Origin: Camelus dromedarius
Lineage: Eukaryota
Reading direction: 5' to 3'
Length of the DNA: 64,000 nucleotides
Assembly (NCBI RefSeq): GCF_036321535.1
Contig: NC_087438.1
Span: 8,000,001 to 8,064,000 of the forward strand
Shown here: in pieces, positions 13,472 through 26,621 of the stretch
How the letters are laid out: each line of letters opens with the position of its first letter
Numbering within the stretch: the stretch's first letter is position 1
Made by a program: the position numbers and the translations under genes
The notes under the pieces: model-generated
What the model saw: only the letters and a program-made list of their open reading frames with translations
Databases searched by the model: none
What the model was told of the DNA's origin: nothing

Positions 13472-13870
13472 CATAAAGTAGCCGAGTGTCACCGCATTTA
13501 ACTCCCTGCTGTAATAAATGCCACAGACAAATAGAGTTAAATGGGTTAATTAGTCACCAGTGGCTATTTTAATTGCACTATTGAAAATCAGAGACAAACA
13601 CCGGAAGAATTCTCATCATTGGGGTTACCTGGGCTTTTAATGGGAGAGTTCGCCTGGGACGGTGGCATCTCTGAAACATGGTGTAACTGATTACCCCTCC
13701 TCCTCTCCTTTACCTTTCATAATTAGCTGCACACTATTAAGTTAATGCACATTTATCTACAACAATTCAATTCAGACTGCGAAGAATCTTTCTAGTCTAT
13801 AATTACACTCCAGCTTAATTAGCATAATTTGCACTGCACATATTTTAATAGAGAAGCTGCCATTATGGGT
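13472..13870. promoter_or_regulatory. Candidate conserved enhancer-like block with an imperfect palindrome and a TAAT/POU motif cluster
   Basis: No recognisable repeat; inverted repeat CATTTAACTC/GAGTTAAATG; several TAATTA motifs and TAATTAGCATAATTTGCA. Function is inferred only. Confidence 0.4.
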
Positions 13871-15517
13871 TGGCTCCTCATGTGGAAACTCTTCCAGTGA
13901 ACATCACGAGGAGAAACAAATGCCTCTTGCTCAAGAATTGCCTGGCGCACATGCACTGAGATGCTCTGAATCCTACTTTGGATGGGTGACAAATGCTGGG
14001 AAGGGCATCCCTTCCCAGGTTCCCAAGAGGGGACCTGATGGAATCTCTCGCACTGTCATTGCCCACTAAGGGTAGAAGCAGCAGAGGGCTCCCCTTCCCT
14101 AGTTACCAATTGTCAACTGTGCCCCGTGATGCTGGGGTTCATCCACAGTCTGTAAATGTCTAGTCTGAGGTGTGAAAACACCTCTATGGTTTATTTCGGA
14201 TCTGTATCCATGGGCCACAAATTCACCCACCACTAGGTGTCATCAGTTATTAACTGGGATGCAGATACGCAGGGGCTTTAAAAGACTTTCATTAACTTAA
14301 AAGAGCCTAAGCAGCTTGGTCCCTCCTCCAAGGCTCCCTTGTCGGAGACCAAATAACCATGAGAGGGGCCAGCCTGCTAGCCTGGCACTGAAATGGCAAA
14401 TACTTAACTATGTGATTTAATTGGATCACATCTATTCTGCAAATACTACAAACTTGTCTTACTAAGAAGCAAAATCGTCTGATTGAAAGGAACATCTTCA
14501 GTTCTAGTAGCCCAGTATATTCTGCATGGATATTTAACTATTAAAATGACTTCACACAGAGGGTGTGCAGTGCTTTTGGTGTTAACATTTTAATCAAGCC
14601 TTTCATTGTTTCTATTTGTTACTCTGAGGAAAGAGTGATGCATTTGCATCCTCTGAGTTTGCAACACTGAAAGGGCAGCGAAGGTATCAGAGGAGGGATA
14701 AAAGGATGTGCCTGGAGGGGAATGAGACATTGTTGCTGCTGTGCAGAAAAAAACTTTCCAAAAGAAAACTATCGAGGAAGAAGATGGATCAAACCATTAA
14801 CCGTGAAACCCAAGGAACTCTACCTCTAACGTGAAAGTGCCAAGGGCAGAAATGTGACTCGGGGATCTTGTATGAAGTGGGGTTTTCAAAGATGCCTGAT
14901 ATCAGTGTAATTTCTGGAAAATCCAGGTAGTTCCATGAGACACAGGACGTGCCTCCTGTATCTCAGATCCTTCCATATTTCCTTTTCCAGATGTGTATTA
15001 GAAACTGAAAGCATATTTTAAAAAATTCTGAATGAACTTAAGAGTCACCTCAGTAAGGTACCTATATACTTTCTCAGTTACCAAAGTACAACTTAAAAAT
15101 AACAAAAGCACGTAAGGTATTATCATGCTATTTACACTAAATGAAAAAAATTATATAATGAAGGTTTATATACTTATATACACATTGCAATCTGTATTTT
15201 TTTACAGTATCACTTTTCAACCAGTTAGAGCTCATATGTCCGATGAAGAGTTACTTAAATTTGTACTATTTCTTCCAAGTTATGGTTATGTTTGTTTGTT
15301 TGTTTGTTTGTTTATTTATTTCCCAAACAGCGAATAATATGTATGCTGGCCCTTTTCCCAATAGTGTTCTTAAAGGTGTCTGAAGAGGTGTAGGATGTTC
15401 CTTAAAGCTAAGCTGTCTTGGTTTTGACCACAGCATTAACGCTTCCTCTGAAGGAGGTACAGCAGGGAAAGAGCTCAGAGCAGTGCCCATCCCAGCAAGT
15501 GACACTGACTCACTCAC

Positions 15518-15621
15518 CTTTCATCCTTCCCTGGCCTTGAGAAATAGAAGAGAACACCTTTATAACACTTGGGGCCCTATATCTGAATGATCTGAAATCT
15601 ATTCTGGGCTATAATTAAATG
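15518..15621 (-). other. Candidate non-coding exon
   Basis: Acceptor ctttttttctttttctag|C and donor AAG|gtgagt; stops in all three frames. Confidence 0.3.
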
Positions 15622-17199
15622 CTAGAAAAAGAAAAAAAGGTTTCTCTGGTTTATTGATCCTGGCCAAAACAGACATCGTCTTCAATTTTAAAAAGAGCAC
15701 ACTGTTTCTTCACTTAAAAATTTCAAGCTAAATTTACATTGCATCCAACTGGACCAGAGCATGTACTGAACTTGTAGTATTGTCAGAGGGCCGAACGAAC
15801 TGGCACACATTTACATGTGTAATTAAAGAAACAAGCGCTCTGGTCTCTATGAAGAGTATATGCACGTGAGGTTCACAATATATGTCTGGCAGAAACAAAA
15901 AGGGTGCCTCTTTTTGAAATTGCTGCCAGAGTTCCTCTCTAGACTCACACTTTGGAGCCCTGCAGAATGATTTTTACAGGAGTAAGCCACATCCGCCCCC
16001 CAAACTCAGAATGTGCAGGACATCATCAATTTTTACATTCACATAGCATAAACCCAAAGGCAGAAGTGTTCAGAAAGTTAGATGTTTAATGCAGTAGTAA
16101 TGGAAAATTATAAAACATGGAACCCTGAATTGCATGATTATGCTAACCCTGGGAATATTGATCCTATGACAATTCTTTTCCAAAAGCTTTCATGTTCATA
16201 AAACACTGACATTCACAAACACTGTATTTCACCACCTCTGAATTCTAAGTCGCAAACAAAATCTTCATGATGAGCTTGAATACAATTTGTATTTAAACTT
16301 CAATTTCAGGTTCACTTTCCAAAAGGCTGGAATTTACTAGAATTTCTTCCACCTAGAAGAACTTCTCCAAAGTGGGGCTATTTTTATTTTTATTTTGTTC
16401 ACAAACAAAAAGTGCAACCTGGTAAGATTTTTGGTAAGGTTTTTGCTCCATGATATTTTTAAAGTCCTAACAAGCAACTACTAATGTATTTACCTGGAGA
16501 CCCACACATTAAGTAATGCAGTTAATACACACTGGTTAACACCAACTGGTGAGCGACAATTATGCAACTTACCAGGTACACCACTGCGTCTCTGTAAGCC
16601 TACACTTCATAGGCACTCAAAGGATAACAATATGTTAATATGGTTAAAAAAAAAAAAAAAAAACAGCCACTGTAATATTTGGATTGTGAGAATTCTCACA
16701 CTTTTGCAGAGTCAGACTTCTGGCTGGACTGATTTTTATTCAACAGGGAGACAATAGATTATGTAACACTCATAAAAAATACAGGATCCCTGTTTCAACA
16801 CATGGTGTCATTAGAAGAAGTATTAGCGAGGATCAAGCTCTTTTCTCCCCAAATCAGTGTTCAACATTATACTTCCAGGCTATGTCTCTTAATACTTCCT
16901 TTGATTGGTGTTATTGGATTACTGCAACCCAATCCTTAGCCTTAATATCACAAGAAAGCTTAAAACAGCAGATAAGAAGCCTACAATAACCAGCAGATAG
17001 AAAAAGCTAACGAAATAATAGTTCGCGTAAATGCCATGTGGAACCAAACATAAAATTATTTATCTAAATTAAATTATAGGATGCATTTCCAGGAAGTAAT
17101 CTGCTAATTTTTATGCTTTGGCACTGGGCCATAAAAGACAAGGTATCTGGGAGAATAAAAGAAGCATGTTAATCACTGCTGTCACTGAGACGTTAGCAC

Positions 17200-17450
17200 T
17201 GCTTCTCAGCGTTTCAGCAACGTGCCACATGCGAAATGTCTGCACTGCAACTCAGTCCATCCACACGCAAGCACAGGTAAATGCAGGCATGATGAAGCGG
17301 GGAAAAGGTATCCTAAGATACACACATTAATTAGGTTCTGTTCTGTTCTGTTCTACTCTGCTCTGTTAAATTCTTTCCAAAACACAGTTCATGATCAAGA
17401 AAACTATTTTACTGCCCAATAAGGGTCATAATCTGCAGTTTAAAAATGTG
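17200..17450. mobile_element. Old hAT-Charlie-like DNA transposon end (similar ends near 18680-18780 and 37860-37925)
   Basis: Shared degenerate terminus ...AATAAGGGTCATAATCTGCAGTTTAAAAA. Confidence 0.45.
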
Positions 17451-18577
17451 TATACAAACACACATATGTAAACACATGTATGTATGTATCTTTATAAACA
17501 CACATACACACACACTATGCACATATGTATATACAATATATGTATTATGCATATGTATACATTCATATATGAGAGCTAGATAAACAAGCATACACATCAC
17601 ATATAAAGTCCTGCACATAAAACAGTAATTGTTTAATAATTTGGGTAATAATTAACTTCAAAGGCTAAAATTAGACCAGAGGAAAAGATGATTTTAACTT
17701 TATTTAAATTTCTGGTTTATTCGGCATCTTCCCCCTTCCCTTCCTCCACACATATGAAACACTTTTCAGAGACACATGACAATGATGGTGACAAAATAAC
17801 ACAGCCCACCTCCACCAGAGCACTTAGTCCCGCTTCTCAGATGGGCCTCGCTGCCCTTCTCAGATACTTTCTATTCAAGTGACGAGGGAACACCGGGCTC
17901 CCAGGATCCATGGGGAAGGACCATGTTGTCCCTGAGTATCTCATGTCATCTGCAAATCTGGCTTCAAGTACCAGGTAAGTCGCCACCAAGGGCTGGCTGA
18001 ATGACAAGTGAATGGGAGAATGAAATAATGATACGAGACTTCATGATCTTGAGATACGAACCATCCCACTCAATATAAGGAGAAAGCTTTTACCAGGAAG
18101 GAGACAAATTGTGTAAAATACGATGGCTAAGCTGTTTTCAGAATGCAAACGAAAACATTTAAAAACATTTTCCTAACAAGTATAACTTCTACTTTCTAAA
18201 AGGACACACAATTATAATTTTTAAAATGCCAGTTCCTGACAGAGTGAGAGTTCAGATTATTTTTGCACTCAAATTTGTGAGTTGATTCTGAAAACACAGC
18301 AATGTGAGATTATTTTCCTGATACAATTATGTCATTTCTTCCTCCAATCACTCACCATCTACTGTGGAAAACACTACTCCATAGGCACTCATATTAATTT
18401 ATCACCAGTTATGACATGATTTATTAGCATCGTGTAGCTGGAGGTATTTGATAATGTTATTGCTGTCAGCATTTGGGAGATTTCTTTTTACTGTATTATT
18501 TTCAGAAAGTAAATATTCTCAGTATTTGCATATATTTTACATTAAGACTCACAACAAAAATATATCTTAGACTCACA

Positions 18578-18578
<1 letters not shown>

Positions 18579-18612
<34 letters not shown>
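18579..18612. repeat. (CA)n microsatellite
   Basis: About 17 perfect units. Confidence 0.95.
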
Positions 18613-18614
<2 letters not shown>

Positions 18615-19016
18615 AAGTCTGATACTCTTTTTCCAAGACACCAAACCAAACTTTCCTTCGTAGGGGCATTGTAATTATTCTGTTCTAGTTTTTCCTATTC
18701 AATCTTTTAAATGCGGGTCAAAACCTTCTAAGATGATTTTACTACTCACTTGTAGGTGGTCCCCAGCTGGAAAATAAAATTGTACTAATTCAATCAGACC
18801 ATAGGCTCCTGAATTTTATAGGAGATAGATAGATAAAGGACATTTTATAGATAGAATGCATCTGTCTCATAAAAACATCACAGATATTCATTTTAATCAC
18901 TTAAGACTTAAATGGCCACCTTCCTAAAACATGTTTGGGCAAAGTACTGGCTTTCTATTTCCGAGAAAGAATACTAGAATTAGACCCACGAGCACATAAA
19001 ATCAATGAGATGGCAG

Positions 19017-19357
19017 AGCAGGGTCAGCTCCTGGGCCGCATCCAGGCCATCTCCTGTGCTAGAAATGGATTTAACGGGTGAACGTTTACAATAAATCTGA
19101 TGGTTGGGAACATTAGACTCTGAACCTCAGTCACACAAAATGTTATCTCCTGCAAAGAACCCCATTCTTATTGATACACATGTAGTACAAAATGTTATTA
19201 TTAACATCTGATTATTATATTTGGATTTCATTAATAATAATTTTATAGACACTTGTTTCCTCTCTTCTTATATAAGTATCTATATAATAATCCTGATTTG
19301 CTCACAAAGGCTACAGTATTTACTATTTGACCCCTTTACAGAAAGTTCGTTGACCCA
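19017..19357. mobile_element. MER58-family hAT MITE
   Basis: CAGGGTCAGC start; TATTTACTATTTGACCCCTTTACAGAAAGTTCGTTGACCC end. Confidence 0.65.
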
Positions 19358-19826
19358 TATATTACAGTGTCATTTTAAAATTGTTATAATTATTAATCTA
19401 GACACCTGTCAACTCAGACAGTGATCTGGCTGCAAGCTTAACCACACTCTGGTGCCCAGGTGAGCACACAAGTGATGCACAAGGTGCCTGACTAAGCACA
19501 GGGGCTCCCCTCTGGTGCTCCGGATGTGAAATTGTCCCCTTGATTCTAGGGAAAACCATTCCTCTAAAGAGGAGACTCTCTCTGCAGGCAGGGAAACTCA
19601 GATACCTTTGTTAAACATAACTTCGTTTTTGTTTTAATAGCCATAAGCTCAAAGGAAAATTGGGCTTTTCTTTCAATGAAATTGTTTTTCCACCTGATTC
19701 CCACGATGTCAAAGAAGGAACACGGAGCAGCAGCCGGAGACATTCCACTTAATAAGCATCTCAGTGAAATGAGTACTTCCTGTCTTCCTCGCAACAGCAA
19801 CTGCGCTCTGAATCACGGCCACTTAC

Positions 19827-19943
19827 GGGCCGGGATAAATGGTGTTATTGAGCTATCTCATGTTTATTACATTTAGGAAATTCTCATTTGTTTTTAGTTG
19901 ACACGAAGCAGCACAGATGAGCTCCCTCTGTGTGTATATTCCA
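19827..19943 (-). other. Candidate non-coding exon
   Basis: Acceptor ctttatttttccag|T and donor CCC|gtaagt; stops in all frames. Confidence 0.2.
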
Positions 19944-20623
19944 CTGGAAAAATAAAGTTTTACTCTATCCTGATACACAGTTAAGTTTCCCTAAAATGAT
20001 GTTCTGCTGTTTTGGGCACTGAGATTTTAACATTTAGCACTGGAAAAACCCAACTTGAATGAAGCCATAGATTTTTCTGGGGAATATTTATGTTTTCTGC
20101 TTTTAATTTTTACTGTGTTTTTCCTCGACTGTTCCTGTTCCTCTCTCTTTCCTCTCCTAGCATAAGTGCTTCTCTTTAGAAGATGCTGAAAGGGAAACCT
20201 TAATGATCTCCACCAATATTCATCCTTTGTTCTCGTCTTAACTAGGGGAGAAGCCAACCTTACTGGTGGAATCACTGATGGTTTTACTTACAGGCAATAT
20301 TTTACAACTTTATGAGAATCTTACTTAATTTTCATATGACATATATTAATCAGAGCCTTGTTGTTAAGGTCTTTGAGTTTATGTATGTGCAGTATTTGTA
20401 TGACTGCTTTGGGTCTTTATTAAATTTTTGTTGGTTGTATGTCTGATTTAGCAATAAATAATGGCTTTTTAAGTGAAGCTACCATCTTATTAAATTCCCA
20501 TTTCATGTGAACACCCAGTGAAGTTCATTGGTAAAAATGTTAGAGAAACCTATGTATGAAAAAAAATCTCCAATGTCAATTACAAACATCTTTTGGAGAG
20601 TAATTAGAAAACACACATGTGAA

Positions 20624-21231
20624 GGAACCCTACTTCAGGATGACACCTGCACCCCAATGTTCATAGCAGCACTATTTACAGTAGCCAAGACATGGAAACA
20701 GCCTAAATGTCCATCAATGGATGACTGGATAAAGAAGATGTGGTATATGTATACAATGGAATACTACTCAGCCATAAAAACCGACAACATAATGCCATTT
20801 GCAGCAACATGGATGCTCCTGAAGAATGTCATTCTAAGTGAAGCAAGCTAGAAAGAGAAAGAAAAATACCATATGAGATTGCTCATATATGGAATCTAAA
20901 AAAAAAAAAAAAAACACAAACAAAGCATAAATACAAAACAGAAATAGACTCACAGACATAGAATACAAACTTTGGTTGCCAAGGGGGCAGAGGGTGGGAA
21001 GGGACAGACTGGGATTTCAAAATGTAGAATAGATAAACAAGATTGTATTCTATAGCACTGGGAAATATACACAAGATCTTATGGTAGCTCACAGAGAAAA
21101 AAATGTGACAATGAATATATATATATATATGTTCATGTATAACTGAAAAATTGTGCCCTACACTGGAATTTGACACAACATTGTAAAATGATTATAAATC
21201 AATAAAAAATGTTATATTGTTTAAAAAAAAA
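20624..21231 (+). mobile_element. Young L1, ORF2 C-terminus plus 3'UTR
   Basis: Encodes DTCTPMFIAALFTVAKTWKQPKCPSMDDWIKKMWY (L1 ORF2 C-terminus); perfect 18-bp TSD AGAAAACACACATGTGAA (20606-20623 / 21232-21249). Confidence 0.95.
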
Positions 21232-22014
21232 AGAAAACACACATGTGAAAACAAATAAAACAATTTCCACAAAAGCTAACTGATATAAAAAGATGTCCAC
21301 AAAACATTAAAAATTTCCCTGGAACAAGATTTGTTCAAGGTTTAATTAACGTGGTCTTGCCACATACATTACACTAAATATGATCTATCTGGAAATGGAT
21401 CATAAACTCAAATAATCAAGTGTAATACAATGATTTTTTTTCTCACTGCATAAAATGTTATAGTTCATTTTTGCTCTTAAGCCTCTGATGAAAATAATGG
21501 CATTCGTTCCAAGTAAAGGTTTTTTGTTGTTGAACAAAGAATTGTTTTTCAATGACAAAGAATTAGAAAGATTTAGAAGTATAGATGTCTGAGAAAGTTC
21601 TAAAAAAATACATTAAATATATCTTTGTCAACAGCTGATGCACATTTCATTTCTTAATAATCAAGGTAAAAAACAACCAAAATGAAATTATTTACAATTT
21701 TTAACACAAGGATAAAAAAATAAACTCTTATTTTAAATTCACAGTATTCCTTTTCAAGTTAGGTCAAGGATCAACACTTAAATAGGCTAACTGAGCAGGA
21801 ACATTCTCATAATACCGGATTCTACAACAGTTCTTAAGTAGGCAAATAAACACAGTCTCTTAAAAATTACTTATGCTTTGGGTTCATCCTTGGAAGTAAA
21901 TCTCCTCCAACCACTAAGTTTGTCAGTTACAATCCTTGAAGATTAATACACATCTCGTTGTTTTCTGAGAAGGTAATAAACTTGTAACCAATAAAAAAAA
22001 AATCTTTGTACTGG

Positions 22015-22046
<32 letters not shown>
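22015..22046. repeat. (AAC)n microsatellite
   Basis: About 10 units; explains the poly-Cys ORF 21923-22210. Confidence 0.95.
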
Positions 22047-22219
22047 ACAGTACATGTTGGACTCAACTGGCATTTGGTTCCCGTAGGGCGTTCCATAAAT
22101 TTTAGCAATCTCATGGCGCAGGGTTGGGGAGACTGAAATGGCTGACTCTCACACTCTTTGCATGAACAAATGCAGCCTGGTAAGAGGAGGGGGTGGGTAA
22201 CTGTCCTCAACAGGGCTTC

Positions 22220-22420
22220 TAAGGGCCAGGCACTGTCACAATAGCTTTGTATATAAATCTGTCTGTTTAATCCTCACACGATCCTCTGATGCTAATATCA
22301 CCCCCACTTTACAGATGGCGAAACTGAGGCACAGAGGAAGTGATCCAAGGTCACACAGCTAGCAAGCGGCAAGGGCGGGATTCAAACCCTGGCTCTTCAC
22401 GACTTCACAGCCCCGTCTCT
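22220..22420. mobile_element. MIR SINE
   Basis: Core TTACAGATGGCGAAACTGAGGCACAGAG...CCAAGGTCACACAGCTAG...GGGATTCAAACCC. Confidence 0.85.
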
Positions 22421-23174
22421 GGATCAGCACTCAGGTTCAACAGCTGGTTAGTGGCGAAGTCAGACCAGGAACCCAGCTTCCAATTTCTGCTCTGTCTTCG
22501 CACTCAAGACCGTGAGATGAGCGCACCGAGACAGGGACGGGCAGCGGCACCGGGCTCGGATCCTGCCTCTGTGGCTTCCTAGCTGTGCGCTGGGCTGTTT
22601 CATGGACACATCCTGGTTCTAAGTCACTTTGACAATGAGACAGTCCATCTTTCTGAGTTGCTCTGATGACGAATGAAAGCACCGTGGCGAGAGCACTTTT
22701 AATCAAGCAGATGCTCAACAAACATGCTCCCCTCCCCTTACACCGTGCATCCTAGTCCCTTCTCTGTTTCCGGCTTATTATGTTCAAGGGAAATAATCCT
22801 GGGAAACAACTGGAATTGAAGTTTGACACGACTTCAAATTAATCAGGGTTCTGTTTTGTGCCAATCCATGGAAAATGCACCGAGCAAAATGCATTTCTTC
22901 AAAAGACATTTTACTAATTGTGTTTTCTGGTCGATTTACTGCCAGCAAGAGAAACGTACAATTTGTAGATAGCTGAATATCTGATTTTAATTCCCAAGTC
23001 ATCCATGACTTGCACATGATCGAGAAAATACAGTTAAACACTGGACTTTGTTGTTTCTTTGAAACTCAAAACAGTTTAATTTATTTATATAATTGTTTTA
23101 AGTGACACAACTTAACAGGACACAAAATCACAATGAACACAAGAAATACACCACACCTCAAATTACAAAACTAC

Positions 23175-23575
23175 ATGCCGTGATTTACAAAGTGGCTCCT
23201 AAAAAGATGTGTTCAAGTCCTAGCCTCCAGGACCTGAGGATGGGACTTTATTTGAAATAGGGTCACTGCAGATGTAATTAAGTTAAGGGTCTCAACCCCA
23301 AATCATCCTTGACTTAGTGTGGGTCCTCAATCCAATGACTGGTGTCCTTACACGGGAAAGGAGAGAGGAATTTGAGACACAGACACACAGGGGAGAAGGT
23401 GACTTGAAGATGGCGGCAGAGATCGGAGGGACGCGGCCACAAGCCACAGAACACCTGGAGCCACCGGGAGCTGGGAGGGGCGAGGAAGGGTCCTCCCCCA
23501 GAGCCTTCGTAGGGAGTCAGGCCCAGCTGGCACCCTGGTTTCAGTCTAGGGGTTCCAGAATTGTGAGAGAATAAA
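23175..23575 (+). mobile_element. MLT1C-like MaLR LTR (3' truncated)
   Basis: GAAATAGGGTCACTGCAGATGTAATTAAGTTAAG, AATCCAATGACTGGTGTCCTTA and GAGAGAATAAA. Confidence 0.85.
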
Positions 23576-24479
23576 GCCCTACGAAATGAATACACTATAT
23601 TTTTGCACAGAAAAAGAATCACATGGAGTGAAAATACTCTTTACTTGAAAGTGACCCTGCCTTTTCACCTTCCTGAAGCAGTGGGAGGAAGATTTACAGA
23701 ATATTTCTAAGAACATAATCTAAACATACAATTCAATACATATGTTGATTCTATAAAATTATTTAAGAAAATGTATTTAAACCTATCATTTTTATTAAGA
23801 ACAACAGACATTACTTCCCCCCTCCCCCCGATTTTCTAGTTTCCTTCTTTAGGGAAGAGTAAATAACTGACTTAGAAAAGAAAACATTTTGAACTCATTT
23901 GTTAATGGAGGAAAAAGACCCTGAGAAGAGCTTTAGTCATAGAAATCACAAGGGCAGCTTCCAAGTGCTGCTTTGGATGCGGTGTGGCCGCTCTGGGCTT
24001 CGATGCTTCGGGACGTGGGAGATGACAGCCCCACAGTGCTCCCTTCCCCTCCCCGTGCTCCCCCCAGGCACCCAGCCTCCCCCACGCTCCTCTCCCTCTC
24101 TGCGAACTCCCACCCCTGCACCTGTGCTGTGAAGCCTCCCGTCCTCACCTCCCCTTTCACCTCTTGTCTTACCAGCTTCCCCTCCACCTTCTGTTCTTCC
24201 CTGGCCTCTTTTTGAAAAGGCCCCACGTCCTCCACCTGTCCCTGCAACCACGAGGTGCTCTTAACGCCTCACCAGCTCAGCTCTCTTGGCGCCACGCCGC
24301 CCCAAGTCTCCATCAGCGGCTTGGAGGGACATGCAAACCCAGCGCTTCTCTCCACTCCTCATTCCCCGCAACCTCTTCCCAGCACCCATGAGCCTTCCTG
24401 CCGTCAGTGTCTGCCTTTGAACTACCTTTGCCTCCCTCCCGCCTCTGACTGCTCACTGGGCTTCCTCCATGGGGTCTGC

Positions 24480-24900
24480 TTCTTTTTCTGTCGTTCATAT
24501 ATCCTGCACGTACTCACGGAACACCTATTATGTGCCGGGCATGGAGACGAGGAAGAAAGACTCCTTTCCCCATGAAGCTCACACCCTGTGGGGAAGGCAA
24601 GCCGGAGGGAAGACATCAAAGTACATCTGGCCATCCCAAGTGCTAAAGAGAACAAGCAGAGACTGTTCCTGGGGAGCCTCTGACGAGGAGGTGACATCTG
24701 AGGAAGACCTATCCTGGCTGGCACGAGGAGAGGAGGCTGGGGCAGGGGCGGGGACCGACTGACGGAGGCCAGTTAGGGCGCTCAGGGTGTCATGGGTGAG
24801 TCACTGCAACGCAGACGGTAATGAACGCCTTGAGCCTGGATGAGCTCACCGGGAAATGCATGAAGCTGGACAGAGAAGCGGTCCAAGGGCTGGGCCTGGG
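24480..24900 (-). mobile_element. L2 LINE 3' fragment
   Basis: Degenerate L2 motifs (ACCTATTATGTGCCGGGC, GAGGAGGTGACATCTGAG). Confidence 0.55.
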
Positions 24901-24967
24901 GCGCCCCTACACTCTTGGGGGTCATACTAACTTCTTGATACACTGCCTTCTGGGACTACAGGTGGAC

Positions 24968-25085
24968 GAGGGTGATGATATAATTTGTTGTCAAAACTGG
25001 GACACCTCTGAGACAGATATGGGGTGATGTAAACAATCGCATTGGGGAAAACAGGCATTGCGTTGTCCGGGGCATATGAGGAAGG
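24968..25085. mobile_element. MER81-like hAT-Blackjack MITE
   Basis: AGGGTGATGATATAATTTGTTGTCAAAACTGGGACAC resembles the MER81 start. Confidence 0.6.
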
Positions 25086-25109
25086 ATGATTGCTTGATTC
25101 CATATACAA

Positions 25110-25750
25110 AGGCCTCCTGACTTTGTACTGCCAATCCAGAACTCCCTGTCTTCCAGAATTGGCTACCTGGGCCTTGTTGATTCTCCCTTCAGACGTCTAT
25201 GGGACATTTCACACTTAATGACCAAACTGTGACTGCGAAATTGCCTCCAGAACCGTGCCCCTCACCATCTTCAGCATCTCGGTGAGTGACATCTCCAATC
25301 TGACAGCAGCCTGGACCCAAAGCCTACGCTGAGATGCCAACAAAGGATGCCTTCAAAATACACCTGTATCCTGACCACGCCCCACCGCCATCCCTGCACC
25401 ACACTGGCCCACGCCACCATCCTCTCTACCCCAGATTTCTGCACCGGCCTCCCTAACAGCAGGCCTCCCTGCTTTGAATCTTCCCCCTTGAGTCTACTTG
25501 CAAGAAGGCAGCCAGAGTGAGCTCCCCGGAGCTAAGTCAGTCCTGCCGCTCTGGTGCTCACTGCCTCTGGTGCCTCCTCACTCGAGGAAGAGCCCAACAT
25601 AGTCACTTTAAAGTCTGGTGTCTTCGATTACGTAACCTGTTTCTGCTTTCTCCTCCCCCTCTTCCCTGTAAGCAGCCTTCCTTGCAGATTGCAGACACTT
25701 ACAGTCCAGCATTGCCTTACTGCAAATGGAAAGGGACACAGGCCAGCAGT
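25110..25750 (+). mobile_element. L2 LINE fragment
   Basis: Pyrimidine-rich L2-like motifs (CTTCAAAATACACC, GCCTCCCTAAC, GCAGCCAGAGTGAGC). Confidence 0.55.
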
Positions 25751-25801
25751 GTTCATATCAATCTACCAAAAGCTGACCCATATCGTGGGTGGGAAAACGG
25801 A

Positions 25802-26179
25802 CGTCCCATAGTGCTCTCGGGCTGCCATCACAAAGGACCACAGACTCCGTGACTTAGACAGCAGACATAATTGGTCACAGTTCTGCAGGCTGGAAAGTTC
25901 AAGGTCGGGGTTCCAGCGTGACTGGGTTCTAGCAAGAGCTCTCTTCCTGGCTGGCAGATGGCTGCCTTCCTGCTCCCTGTATCCTCACAGAGTGAGGCAC
26001 AGAGAGAGAGAGAGAGAGCTCTGGTATCTCTTCCTCTTTTCCAACCCACCAGGGACCTACCCTTATGAACTTATTTAACTGAATCACCTCTTCAAAAGCT
26101 CTGTCTCCAGATGCAGTCACATGGGGGTCAGGGCTTCAACATCTGCTTTTTGGGGAGACACAATTCATCCCCAGCAACA
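25802..26179 (-). mobile_element. MLT1A-like MaLR LTR
   Basis: GGGCTGCCATCACAAAGGACCACAGAC, CACAGTTCTGCAGGCTGGAAAGTTCAAG and GGGCTTCAACATCTG. Confidence 0.85.
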
Positions 26180-26538
26180 AGGTGAGGTGTCCACTTGCAC
26201 GGTTCTCTCCCACACGCCGCTATAATTATTAAATGCTTTCAGCTGTGCCCCTGGGCCTCTTCCTTCCTCCAGTTTTCCTCTGAAGGTCTCATTCTGCCCC
26301 AGACCTAGAAGAGTCTATTACCCCCCTTCTGGAGCCCCTCAGCCCCCTTCCCTGTGTGTCTTCACCTCCCAGGACACAACAGCAAGCAAGCAGGGAAGGG
26401 ATGCAGACGTCAGTGGCTGGGGAAAGGCTCACTCCTGACCCAGGTGGGAGCAGCTGCAACAGCTCGGCACTGCCGAGGAGTGGTGGCAAAGAAGCAGCGA
26501 GAAAAAGATGGACCCCCGCCGCCAAAATCAGGACTTAC

Positions 26539-26621
26539 CTCCAATGAAGTAGTACATAACATGTTTACCACGTGTGAATTCCTCAAGATAAATCAGAATT
26601 AATAAACATGTAGCTAGTTGA
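26539..26621 (-). other. Candidate exon (83 nt), one open frame QLATCLLILIYLEEFTRGKHVMYYFIG
   Basis: Acceptor gtgttttttgcag|T and consensus donor GAG|gtaagt; peptide not recognised. Confidence 0.3.

Noticed and set aside
16685..16700. Perfect 16-bp palindrome TGTGAGAATTCTCACA
   Set aside because: About one is expected by chance in 64 kb (64000/4^8).
17880..17980. Plus-strand exon candidate ending CAG|gtaagt
   Set aside because: Lies in what looks like an L2 3' relic and has no supporting neighbours.
21923..22210. ORF with poly-Cys
   Set aside because: Artefact of the (AAC)n microsatellite.
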